The position numbers were made by a program, and so were the translations under genes. The notes beneath the pieces are model-generated. The model made no database searches, was not told the DNA's origin, and saw nothing but the letters and a program-made list of their open reading frames with translations. A stretch of DNA of 64,000 nt from a virus (lineage: Duplodnaviria; Heunggongvirae; Uroviricota; Caudoviricetes): IMG/VR virus record IMGVR_UViG_3300006217_000002, one strand, 5' to 3'. Positions within the stretch are counted from its first letter, which is position 1. Every line of letters begins with the position of its first letter. Shown here piece by piece: positions 20,429 to 29,110 of this stretch.

Positions 20429-20833
20429 TTAAAATCCGAATAAAATGAAATATATAATCCATGATCCAATAATCTGGATTAAATGAGATACTTGATCCTG
20501 TATTAAATTTATACATAATTTATTTGCTTTCATATCATCTACAATAGAATGGATAATCCCATTAAATAATATTATAACTATACTTAATATCCATCCAATA
20601 TTAGATCTTGTAGATGTGATATTATGTAATAATAATGGGATTTGAATAGCAAATGACCACGAAAATCCATGTACTAATAATACAGCAATATAGTCGTACT
20701 TATACGAATCTTTATATTGCGGATGGTTTAACCACCATGTCTTTTGTTTCATATTTGCAATTGTATCTCCTTGATGGAAATCAAGAATGCAATGGATAAA
20801 TATCATTGCAAATAATAAAATAATTTTAAACAT
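20429..20833 (-). CDS. DUF3307-like membrane protein
   Basis: HCILDF...HGFSW...HSIVDDMK...QDQVSHLIQI pattern with TM helices. Confidence 0.75.
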   Translation of the reverse strand: MFKIILLFAMIFIHCILDFHQGDTIANMKQKTWWLNHPQYKDSYKYDYIAVLLVHGFSWSFAIQIPLLLHNITSTRSNIGWILSIVIILFNGIIHSIVDDMKANKLCINLIQDQVSHLIQIIGSWIIYFILFGF

Positions 20834-20881
20834 AAATTGAACCTCCCTTAACGATATTCATTTATAACAATATTAATATTG

Positions 20882-21112
20882 TTAGTCATAATAAATATTT
20901 AAAGTTCTGATAGGAACTTGTTTGTTTGGAGACTCTTTATTATATTTTATACCAAACGTAGAATTTACATTCTTAATGTTTCTATGTTCTTTAAGCCATT
21001 TTCTTGCGAGCTCAATCATTTGATTAAATGTAGCTTTACATTCATTTCCATTACCATCCGTAAATGTTTGGCCTTCCTCAAATGTTTCACATTTTCTTTT
21101 AATCTCAGCCAT
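20882..21112 (-). CDS. Hypothetical protein
   Basis: 76 aa, SD AAAGGA. Confidence 0.6.
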   Translation of the reverse strand: MAEIKRKCETFEEGQTFTDGNGNECKATFNQMIELARKWLKEHRNIKNVNSTFGIKYNKESPNKQVPIRTLNIYYD

Positions 21113-21171
21113 AATATTACCGTCCTTTCTTAAAAATTAAAATAATTTACTGTATTTTATTATAAAGTAAT

Positions 21172-21181
21172 TATATATTCT
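21172..21181 (+). promoter_or_regulatory. Putative early promoter motif TATATATTCT
   Basis: Heads the small-orphan cluster 21227-25016. Confidence 0.55.
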
Positions 21182-21226
21182 ATAAATGTATCAGTACATA
21201 AAATATATTTAAGGAGGTATATTGTT

Positions 21227-21490
21227 ATGAATCAACAAACTCAAGATACCACAAATAAACCCATTATGCATATTAAAGTTTCTGAGAAACTTGGATATAT
21301 TAATGGGAAAAGACTTACACAAACTTTGCAAAAGTTTTATTCAGATAAGTTTGTATTAATTACCACTGGGAAATCAGTGGAGTTGACTGCGGATAACATG
21401 GTAGTTATTGATGTACATGAAGATACCAACATTGATGATTTCATTTGCAAAATCGAAAACTTTTACAACAAAACAACTCAGGAGGTATAA
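21227..21490 (+). CDS. Hypothetical protein
   Basis: 87 aa, SD AAGGAGGT. Confidence 0.7.
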   Translation: MNQQTQDTTNKPIMHIKVSEKLGYINGKRLTQTLQKFYSDKFVLITTGKSVELTADNMVVIDVHEDTNIDDFICKIENFYNKTTQEV

Positions 21491-21492
21491 TA

Positions 21493-22509
21493 ATGAAACA
21501 AAAATTGTATGTAACTGTAAGAGAGTCTGCTGGGTTTCTGTTTATGATGGAGATTGAAAGCGCATTATACGAAAAATTCGAAGATTTCAATGTTGTAATT
21601 GAAAATGACATAAGTGATTATAGCATTAAAAATGTAATCTCTGTTAATATGGATAATCTCGGAACAGCTGAAACAGCAGATATTTTAAAGCGATTAGCAG
21701 AATTTTCAAAAGCATTCAATGTGGTAATAATTACAGGAGAACAGAAAACAGGCGTTACTGCTGTAGGGTTTGACAAAGATATCCTGACTGATGACTTAAA
21801 AGAATTCTTCAATAATAGTCACGGAATTGTAAAAACAATCGAGCTTACATGTAGATGGTGCCCTGAACAATATGATTGTTTCGATGAATATGGTAATCAA
21901 GTTGCATATCTGAGATTGAGACATGGAGTATTTACTGTCGAGTGTCCTGATTGTGGAATCGGAACTTCTACATGTGTATATGAAAATTGGGAAGACATTA
22001 CCGGAGATGGAGACTTTGGAAGCGACGAGGAAAGAATTAGTCAGTTGGAATGTGCATTTAATGCTATTGACTATTATTATTCTCACACTGTAAAAACCAT
22101 ACGCAGAATTGCATCTGAGTCTGAAGATGAAGATTACAAATATGAGAAGATCGATTCTGAGTATACTGATCAGGAAATGATGGAAACATTATACGCATAT
22201 CAGAAATCTAATTTCATGCCGGATGAAGTTCTTTCTATTAGACATAAAGGGCCTGCTATTGGATACAAAGAAGCTGTAAAGAAAGTACTCAGAGAACATC
22301 GTCTGATTAGGCACAATATGTTTCCTGAAGAAAATGGTGCTGATGGTCTTAATGAAGAACACATCGAACACGAGTTAGAATTTTTCAAAACGACAATCGA
22401 TGGGCTTGGAGGTCAAATCAAAACAATCAATTGGTTGTTTAATAAGAACTTTAAAGACTTTGAAACTATATTCAGGGAATATGCTACTAAGGGTACTAAT
22501 AGTCTATAA
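21493..22509 (+). CDS. Hypothetical protein (central CxxCPEQYD...YLRLRHG...CPDC domain)
   Basis: Start moved to ATG 21493 after AGGAGGT. Confidence 0.7.
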   Translation: MKQKLYVTVRESAGFLFMMEIESALYEKFEDFNVVIENDISDYSIKNVISVNMDNLGTAETADILKRLAEFSKAFNVVIITGEQKTGVTAVGFDKDILTDDLKEFFNNSHGIVKTIELTCRWCPEQYDCFDEYGNQVAYLRLRHGVFTVECPDCGIGTSTCVYENWEDITGDGDFGSDEERISQLECAFNAIDYYYSHTVKTIRRIASESEDEDYKYEKIDSEYTDQEMMETLYAYQKSNFMPDEVLSIRHKGPAIGYKEAVKKVLREHRLIRHNMFPEENGADGLNEEHIEHELEFFKTTIDGLGGQIKTINWLFNKNFKDFETIFREYATKGTNSL

Positions 22510-22515
22510 TAATTA

Positions 22516-22555
22516 AAAATAATATATAGGGAGATATCTCCCTATATATTATTTT
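22516..22555. terminator. Palindromic hairpin whose arms contain the early promoter motif
   Basis: aaaataatatatagggaga/tctccctatatattatttt. Confidence 0.65.
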
Positions 22556-22575
22556 ATATAAGGAGGAATAATTTT

Positions 22576-23028
22576 ATGAATATATTAAATGAAGAAACTA
22601 TAAAGATTCTTAAAGATATTAGAAATTATATCAAAGATCATTATCCAGATAGCTGCATAGCCCATAATCAAGAAAAAGAAGGAGAAGAACTTCTGGAGGA
22701 ATGTTCAGATTTTTTCAAATATGAGATCCTTGGATTTTGTGGTTGCGGAATGAATTCACTTTGTGTCGAAAGTGTGGTCAATTATTTAAGTATAGTAAAG
22801 GTACAGTGTGAATTAAATTTTAAAACTGAAAAATTATATCAAGAAAAATTTGGTATAAACGACGTATACTCAAATGGATTGATATTATATATGGCATATG
22901 ATCTTGATGATAGGGAACTGACTGAACATGGATCGAACATAAGCGGTGCTTGGTTGACTACATTAGGAGATATATGTTTATATGTATTCGATCTATTATT
23001 GAAGGAGGAAATAAATGGTGAGGGATAG
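22576..23028 (+). CDS. Hypothetical protein (GFCGCG ... EHGSNI..AWLT family)
   Basis: 150 aa, SD AAGGAGG. Confidence 0.7.
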   Translation: MNILNEETIKILKDIRNYIKDHYPDSCIAHNQEKEGEELLEECSDFFKYEILGFCGCGMNSLCVESVVNYLSIVKVQCELNFKTEKLYQEKFGINDVYSNGLILYMAYDLDDRELTEHGSNISGAWLTTLGDICLYVFDLLLKEEINGEG

Positions 23029-23296
23029 AGATATTTTTGTCAACGATATAAAAGTAGGTGATTGGGTATATCTTACAAAAAGAATTGAAGAATATCAGAA
23101 GAATCCAATTGACATGTGTAAAGATGCTCCATCACAACCATTCAAAACAAAGGTAAGAAATATCGTTCATACTAAAAATGGTAAGACATTATATCAAGTT
23201 AACAGATGTCATTTTAGTGACAAAGATATTGGAGTCAGTGTCTTTAAAAATTATGATGATGCCAGAGATAATTTGAAAAAGGAAAGAGGTTTATAA
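23015..23296 (+). CDS. Hypothetical protein
   Basis: 93 aa, SD AAGGAGG. Confidence 0.65.
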   Translation: MVRDRDIFVNDIKVGDWVYLTKRIEEYQKNPIDMCKDAPSQPFKTKVRNIVHTKNGKTLYQVNRCHFSDKDIGVSVFKNYDDARDNLKKERGL

Positions 23297-23298
23297 TA

Positions 23299-23826
23299 AT
23301 GAGAATTGATTTAGATATAAGATTATATACTGATGGGGATTTTTCTTTCGGAGATGTATCAAAACTGATCGATAGAGAATCTCCTGAGTACGATTCTATA
23401 TATGTTGGATATGCTGCTGTAAATGAAGATTATTATATACTAATCCGATCTGTTATTTCAGGGAATGATGATGAAGTTTGCTTGAAAGCTTTAGAAAATA
23501 TCTTTGATAACATATCCAACAATTTACGTGCAAAAGATTATGTAAAGAAATATATCGAAGATATTATAGATCCTATTAGAAATCATATTGTATACTGTAA
23601 GGGAAATATGGAATATAATGATGTGTTGTCAGGAAATTATGAAGGAAATATTCATATATCAATTAATAATAATAAATCTCCTTGTGAATATGAATGGGAC
23701 GTAACAGAAGAAATGCTAAAAGAGTTAGAAGAGAATGTTGTTTTGAAAGGGCACAGAGAAATCTCCAAAACTCTAGAAATACAAGCTCATGAAATATTTT
23801 CACAAGGGGAGGGGAATGGAAGATGA
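23299..23826 (+). CDS. Hypothetical protein
   Basis: 175 aa, closely spaced in the operon. Confidence 0.65.
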   Translation: MRIDLDIRLYTDGDFSFGDVSKLIDRESPEYDSIYVGYAAVNEDYYILIRSVISGNDDEVCLKALENIFDNISNNLRAKDYVKKYIEDIIDPIRNHIVYCKGNMEYNDVLSGNYEGNIHISINNNKSPCEYEWDVTEEMLKELEENVVLKGHREISKTLEIQAHEIFSQGEGNGR

Positions 23827-23963
23827 TATTATATCCTGACTGCGATTATTATCGTGAGAAAAGAGATGATGAATTTGCATCAATAGATGAGTGCGAAAGT
23901 TGTTATCGTTATGATATATGCAAAACTGCATATGATAAGCAGCAAAAGGAGGAAAATAAATAA
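23823..23963 (+). CDS. 46-aa four-Cys peptide (not in the ORF track)
   Basis: MILYPDCDYYREKRDDEFASIDECESCYRYDICKTAYDKQQKEENK; ATGA overlap upstream and TAATG overlap downstream. Confidence 0.65.
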   Translation: MILYPDCDYYREKRDDEFASIDECESCYRYDICKTAYDKQQKEENK

Positions 23964-24580
23964 TGGATTTAGGAGCATATGGACAAATTGAATATCTAAA
24001 AAGCATAGCAGAAGCTAATAATATCGATATCCCAAGATTGAGGGGATATCGATTAATGAAAAATGAAAGTATGGTATCAAAAGATCAAATTGATGAAATG
24101 ATGAAAGATTGTGAAATTGATATCGCCGAATGGTTATGTGAGACAGAACCTCCGTTTGATAACAGATGTAATTGCAGATGTTGGTGTGAAGAGACCGATA
24201 ATGTCAAAAGATATTATCTTATTCTGAATCCAAAACGGCATGAAGAAGGAGAAAGAGAATACATAGGTATTCGTTGGGATAGAATTCATGGAAAGAAACG
24301 AAAGATCTTGAAATTTGAAATTAAGAAACAGAAGAAAAGAATTCAACAGCAATATGATGTATTCAATAAATATGTAGGCAGAGAAGACGTGCTTTATATC
24401 CATTCAAGGATGGGAGGAGATAATTGGAAGTGTTTTAAGAATAAACACGAGTTGATATCTCAACCATGGTTCTTGGAAAGAGTTGATGATTCTTTCGATA
24501 ATACTTATTGTGACTTCTATGCAAAAATTGACTTGAATAAATCTGTACATGGAGGTAATGATGAAAAATTGGATAAGTGA
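23963..24580 (+). CDS. Hypothetical protein
   Basis: 205 aa; MDLGAY...IPRLRGYRLM...HSRMGG...DSFDNTYCDFYAKI. Confidence 0.7.
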   Translation: MDLGAYGQIEYLKSIAEANNIDIPRLRGYRLMKNESMVSKDQIDEMMKDCEIDIAEWLCETEPPFDNRCNCRCWCEETDNVKRYYLILNPKRHEEGEREYIGIRWDRIHGKKRKILKFEIKKQKKRIQQQYDVFNKYVGREDVLYIHSRMGGDNWKCFKNKHELISQPWFLERVDDSFDNTYCDFYAKIDLNKSVHGGNDEKLDK

Positions 24581-24704
24581 AAATAGCAAAGAGTATTATA
24601 GTGGAATTCCTAATAATGATGAAATTATGGATATCATAGGAAGAATATCTCTTGCAATATTTGCAGTTCTCGCTATTGTATTTATTATTGGAATGATGTT
24701 ATAG
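24561..24704 (+). CDS. 47-aa membrane peptide (not in the ORF track)
   Basis: SD GGAGGT; C-terminal ISLAIFAVLAIVFIIGMML; fills the operon gap. Confidence 0.55.
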   Translation: MKNWISENSKEYYSGIPNNDEIMDIIGRISLAIFAVLAIVFIIGMML

Positions 24705-24716
24705 GAGGTGATTACA

Positions 24717-25016
24717 ATGGATGAAAATATGCAGTTGCTTACGACATGTAAACAAGCTGTCATGAAAATGGAATCAGCAATGTCTGATATCAATGAGATA
24801 AAAGAATCAGAATTGCTAACAGAAGATGAAAAACATGTATTCGACAATATGATAGAAACAACTGGAGACATGATGGCGGTTATCGTGAATATGGTATCTG
24901 AAAAATCAGGTGTAAGTGAAGAAGACTTTATGAGCGAACAGATTACTCCTGAAGAAATATCGGAATATCCTGATGTAAATAAATCTGAAGATATTCTCAA
25001 TGAGCCAATAGAATAA
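24717..25016 (+). CDS. Acidic hypothetical protein
   Basis: SD AGGAGGTG, ATG 24717. Confidence 0.65.
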   Translation: MDENMQLLTTCKQAVMKMESAMSDINEIKESELLTEDEKHVFDNMIETTGDMMAVIVNMVSEKSGVSEEDFMSEQITPEEISEYPDVNKSEDILNEPIE

Positions 25017-25033
25017 AAAATAAGTAATTAAGA

Positions 25034-25058
25034 AGAGGGAGCTTTTTGAGCTCCCTCT
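25034..25058. terminator. Bidirectional terminator
   Basis: agagggagct/agctccctct between convergent genes. Confidence 0.7.
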
Positions 25059-25067
25059 AATTTCTTT

Positions 25068-26501
25068 TTATCGACAATAGGTTTCTCTGATCTTATCAAG
25101 CAATGCTTGTACAGCAACCGGTTTAATATTTAATCTTTCATTGAGCTGAGACTTTACAAACGGAATCAAGTCAGAAGAAATTCCTACTTTTTCTTTTCCT
25201 CTTGTATTGATAGCTCTCATAAGATCTAATCCGTTTGATATATTTCTTTTTGTAGAAACGTCATATATTGTCCGAAGAGCTTCTACACTTTTAACGTACT
25301 TATGATTAGATTTAATAGGTTGCATTACAATACTACCAGCATTTCTTTCCTTTATACCAAACAGCCCAAATAGACCATAGTAAATTGAGTTACCTATAGC
25401 CTTGTAATATGTCGATTCCTTCATCGGATGGTGTCCTTTGAAATTCTTTTTGTAATTCCTATACATTCCTCTTGCTCTGATATCGTTAGTTACAATATTA
25501 GACATATATGAGATTACTTTTAGCATTTCATCATTATTAATAATCTCGTCATTCAACGGGTTATTTTCAATACTGACTGTAACATCACCATCCAATTCAG
25601 ATATATCTTTAGCAAACCTTGATTTATATCTAGACACTGTAGTTGCTTTAATTCCGAAAGCTTCAGCTGTTTTATCAATTCCATTCGTTTCAAGATATGC
25701 TAAAAATTCCTTCTTTCTGAATATATCCCACATAGGCTTAGACCCGTCAAGATCATCATCACAATTATATCCTTTCAGATCTATTCCTTTAATTTTTATA
25801 TGATGATATTTGTATCTATCAGTATGGAAGAAATCGTCTATGTTAAGATCTCTACATAAGGAATCAACAAACATCGGCATATCAATTTCATCAGCATCAA
25901 TAGATCTATCTGCACAATATTTATCAAATATATCTCTGATGTCTGATATAGGAATCTCAACTTCTGAATTAGATACAACTATATTTTCTTCTATGAAAGC
26001 TTTTATAACTTCCTTGCTGTCGATACTACAAAGTTTAGGTTTGTTATATTCCTTGCTATATATATCATCTATTTTCTTAGCTACAACCTCCTCTCCATGA
26101 TTTCTTAAATAAGAGGATATAGAAGGATTTGTTAATGTCAGCATTGATAAATCAAGATCTAACATAACGTCATCAGGTAACGTACATATGTACTTGTCTA
26201 ACATCTTAGGATGAGCAGGAAATATTTTTCTAGGCTGTGCATATGTAGTAGTGACGCTGAATACATGTTTTAGATCAATTCTAATATCAGTTTCATACCT
26301 TTTATGAGATGAGCATGGAATAACCAATATCGAGTGCTGATCAATAGTTTCGCTATCTTGTATTATGATAGCATATCTGTTAAATCTCAGAGTCATTTCA
26401 CCGACTTCTATGTCTTTTCTTCTGTTATCCTTCTTCTCTCCGTAAATTGGATCAGTCCACCTCCAGACTTGCCCTCTTATGAATCTCATTGTAGTCTCCA
26501 T
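25068..26501 (-). CDS. PemK/MazF-like domain fused to putative winged-helix and HTH domains
   Basis: RGQVW...NRYAIIIQ...ILVIPCSS...LDKYICTLPDDVMLDLD fits the PemK fold; later GIDKTAEAFGIKATTVSRYKSRF is an HTH. Confidence 0.65.
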   Translation of the reverse strand: METTMRFIRGQVWRWTDPIYGEKKDNRRKDIEVGEMTLRFNRYAIIIQDSETIDQHSILVIPCSSHKRYETDIRIDLKHVFSVTTTYAQPRKIFPAHPKMLDKYICTLPDDVMLDLDLSMLTLTNPSISSYLRNHGEEVVAKKIDDIYSKEYNKPKLCSIDSKEVIKAFIEENIVVSNSEVEIPISDIRDIFDKYCADRSIDADEIDMPMFVDSLCRDLNIDDFFHTDRYKYHHIKIKGIDLKGYNCDDDLDGSKPMWDIFRKKEFLAYLETNGIDKTAEAFGIKATTVSRYKSRFAKDISELDGDVTVSIENNPLNDEIINNDEMLKVISYMSNIVTNDIRARGMYRNYKKNFKGHHPMKESTYYKAIGNSIYYGLFGLFGIKERNAGSIVMQPIKSNHKYVKSVEALRTIYDVSTKRNISNGLDLMRAINTRGKEKVGISSDLIPFVKSQLNERLNIKPVAVQALLDKIRETYCR

Positions 26502-26517
26502 GTTAGTAACTCTCCTT

Positions 26518-26859
26518 TCAATAATAATCGCCTACATTATCTTTTACAAATCCTTTCATATATTCTTTAGGAGGTTCCTTCCATGCTACAACATTAATAG
26601 TTCTATCACATAATCCAATAGTTTTAAGAAGTTTATCATTCTTCTTGGTTTCATTGTTGTATCCATAAACATCGTAATCATCAAAGATAGTTTGTCTTCT
26701 ATTATCTTTGAACCTCCCTACTGTAGGATACCAGTATAGATCCATAACATATCGCTGCTGTCCAGGTACTTCTACAGTACAAATATAATTTCCCTTAGTT
26801 TTAGGCTTTATTTTAGGAAATGGTCTCCACATATTAAAGATTCTTCTTAAATTAAACAT
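26518..26859 (-). CDS. Hypothetical protein (DUF551-like)
   Basis: Start moved to ATG 26859 after AAAGGAG; WRPFPKIKP..GNYICTV...VVAWKEPPKEY. Confidence 0.65.
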   Translation of the reverse strand: MFNLRRIFNMWRPFPKIKPKTKGNYICTVEVPGQQRYVMDLYWYPTVGRFKDNRRQTIFDDYDVYGYNNETKKNDKLLKTIGLCDRTINVVAWKEPPKEYMKGFVKDNVGDYY

Positions 26860-27283
26860 CAATGTCTCCTTTCTTTGTATATGATGATAATAAATAAATC
26901 TTCTTACATATTTCTTTAATTTTTCTGATAAATCTCTTAAAGATATTTTCTTTCTTGGATTTATCTGTAAATAAATCAGAACTAGGAAATGTCCATATAT
27001 TACCATAATGATTGATTTCTCCCAAATATATAACTCTTCTCCTATCATCTGAAGGAATATCGGATATAACAGTCCCTGATTCAGTTTCATGTATGTGAAG
27101 ATTAGTTTGTTTAAATACAGGACACCTATATGGGGAACATTGATTTGATTTGAGAGGACAAATTTTACAATGTTCATATGAACCTTCAAACCAATGGCCT
27201 CCTATTAAAGGCACTGTGTTATTTTTATATGCATCACCATCTGTAATTTTTTGATCATTCCATTTCCAATTATTTTCGTTCAT
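26852..27283 (-). CDS. Hypothetical protein
   Basis: 143 aa, SD AAGGAG; CKICP..CSPYRC. Confidence 0.65.
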   Translation of the reverse strand: MNENNWKWNDQKITDGDAYKNNTVPLIGGHWFEGSYEHCKICPLKSNQCSPYRCPVFKQTNLHIHETESGTVISDIPSDDRRRVIYLGEINHYGNIWTFPSSDLFTDKSKKENIFKRFIRKIKEICKKIYLLSSYTKKGDIDV

Positions 27284-27294
27284 TATATTCTCCT

Positions 27295-29040
27295 TTAATA
27301 TTCATCTAAGTCTACAAACTCTGACTGCTTAATAGTTTGCAATCTTGGAACCGCGTTTGCCTTTTCTTTATCAATAATATCAATATCTGATACTAGACTC
27401 TGAAGCGATAATACTTTATCAATATTAATATCATCAATTAGACGTAATCCATTTTTCTTTGAGAACGGATGAGCTAAATATGTGTACTTAGCAAACTCAG
27501 ATTCTGACGAATCAATACGTCTTCTTTTAACTACTTCGAGTTCCATATATCTATCATCTGTTCCAGGTTTATATGCAATATTTGTCATAGCTACAAAATC
27601 AGAAGTTTCAATTACTTCCCACGCATCTCCAGTATGTTCTCTACCTACATTCTTAAGACCATCTCCTTTTCCTTGTCTTACAGCATTATCAAGAACAGCA
27701 GCTCCTGCTCTATTCATTTGATGAGCAGTTACTACTGGGATATCCTCTCGTACTGCTAATGCTTTAAGTTCGTTAATAATTCTATTTAATTCCAGCTTTA
27801 CATTATCAGCTGCTGGTGTTGCTGGTTCAATACGTTTGATATAGTCAAATACTAATGTACATACTTCCATATTTTCATCTCTAAGATCAGAGATAATTGT
27901 AAACAGGTCATCAGTATTAATCTCTCTATATGAGAAATATTTAATGACTAGCTCGATATTACTTTTATTGCTTTCATCCGGCTCCTTAATAAGATCTGCT
28001 AATGTTCTTTCATTAGTATCCAAATCAGTAACAACTACATCATCTTTCAATATTCTTGTTATACCTAATTCATTACAAAGAATATCTGTTGCCTCATCTA
28101 CAGAATAGTTAGTAATAGGATCATCGAATGTCATATTCCAAATCCTTTCAATCGTTTCTGTAAATGAGTTTTCCATAGTTATATATAGAACACACGATCT
28201 CATACCAGGAGTTCTTGGTTGGTAATCTGGGTTATACTTTCTTATATCAAGAGCAGTCTTTAAAAGGATTAATGATTTACCAGATCCTGGCGCCCCTATA
28301 TAAGTATACAATCTTCCATTCATGTAAGCTGGAGATAATAAAGTATTCCATCTTCTTATTCCAACTTTAAACATGTTATTTGAAACACTTAATGATTCAA
28401 TAGTAGAACTTAAAGCTTCTTTAACTGAATCAATATCTGCAGTATTAAATGTCACTTTATTGGCTACTAAATTTGTGTTATGTTTAATATCCAATAGACT
28501 TTGAGATATCATAAATAATCTTTCCAATATGACTCTAAAAGCTCCTGAATCATTTAGATCGATATCTTCTAATAAAGTAATATATTCATCTCTTACTGCA
28601 CCTACGAATCCTAACTGTAAAGCTTCAGCTATTAGATCAAATATCATTTTAGCTTCTGGAGGAGTGACGATATTAGGATCGTTTATACATTCTTCGATGA
28701 CACTATTTTTTATATTATCAAAATCAGGTTGTCTTTTAGCCATCTCAATGATAATATCTGGGGATACAACTCCAGAAAGCCATTCTTTTGATATATAGCT
28801 TATACACCATATGAATGAAAGAAGTTCCTGATGATTCTGATATTTCTTTAAATCTAGATTAGCAAATAATCTATTTATGTTCTTAACTGATTTGAATGTC
28901 CTGAATCCAGAATGTTCCATAGTGAGTATCTTGAGTATGGACTTCAGAATAGGTCTTTTATAAAACACGCTTATCTTATCAAATTTGATCTCGTTTGTTT
29001 TCGGAAGCGTTGTTATTTTTTTCTTACTACTTTTTGGCAT
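27295..29040 (-). CDS. dnaB: DnaB-like replicative helicase
   Basis: Walker A GAPGSGKS, YITMEN, VFDYI, LKALA...IPVVTAHQMNR. Confidence 0.88.
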   Translation of the reverse strand: MPKSSKKKITTLPKTNEIKFDKISVFYKRPILKSILKILTMEHSGFRTFKSVKNINRLFANLDLKKYQNHQELLSFIWCISYISKEWLSGVVSPDIIIEMAKRQPDFDNIKNSVIEECINDPNIVTPPEAKMIFDLIAEALQLGFVGAVRDEYITLLEDIDLNDSGAFRVILERLFMISQSLLDIKHNTNLVANKVTFNTADIDSVKEALSSTIESLSVSNNMFKVGIRRWNTLLSPAYMNGRLYTYIGAPGSGKSLILLKTALDIRKYNPDYQPRTPGMRSCVLYITMENSFTETIERIWNMTFDDPITNYSVDEATDILCNELGITRILKDDVVVTDLDTNERTLADLIKEPDESNKSNIELVIKYFSYREINTDDLFTIISDLRDENMEVCTLVFDYIKRIEPATPAADNVKLELNRIINELKALAVREDIPVVTAHQMNRAGAAVLDNAVRQGKGDGLKNVGREHTGDAWEVIETSDFVAMTNIAYKPGTDDRYMELEVVKRRRIDSSESEFAKYTYLAHPFSKKNGLRLIDDINIDKVLSLQSLVSDIDIIDKEKANAVPRLQTIKQSEFVDLDEY

Positions 29041-29110
29041 ATAAAATGACTCCTTTCCTTCACCAAGTAATAATTTGCATCAAATTAATCATATTTAGAA
29101 AAGAGGTTGA

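Noticed and set aside
26860-27189. N-terminal extension of the 223-aa ORF call
   Set aside because: Overlaps the 143-aa gene in another frame; the true start with SD is at 26859
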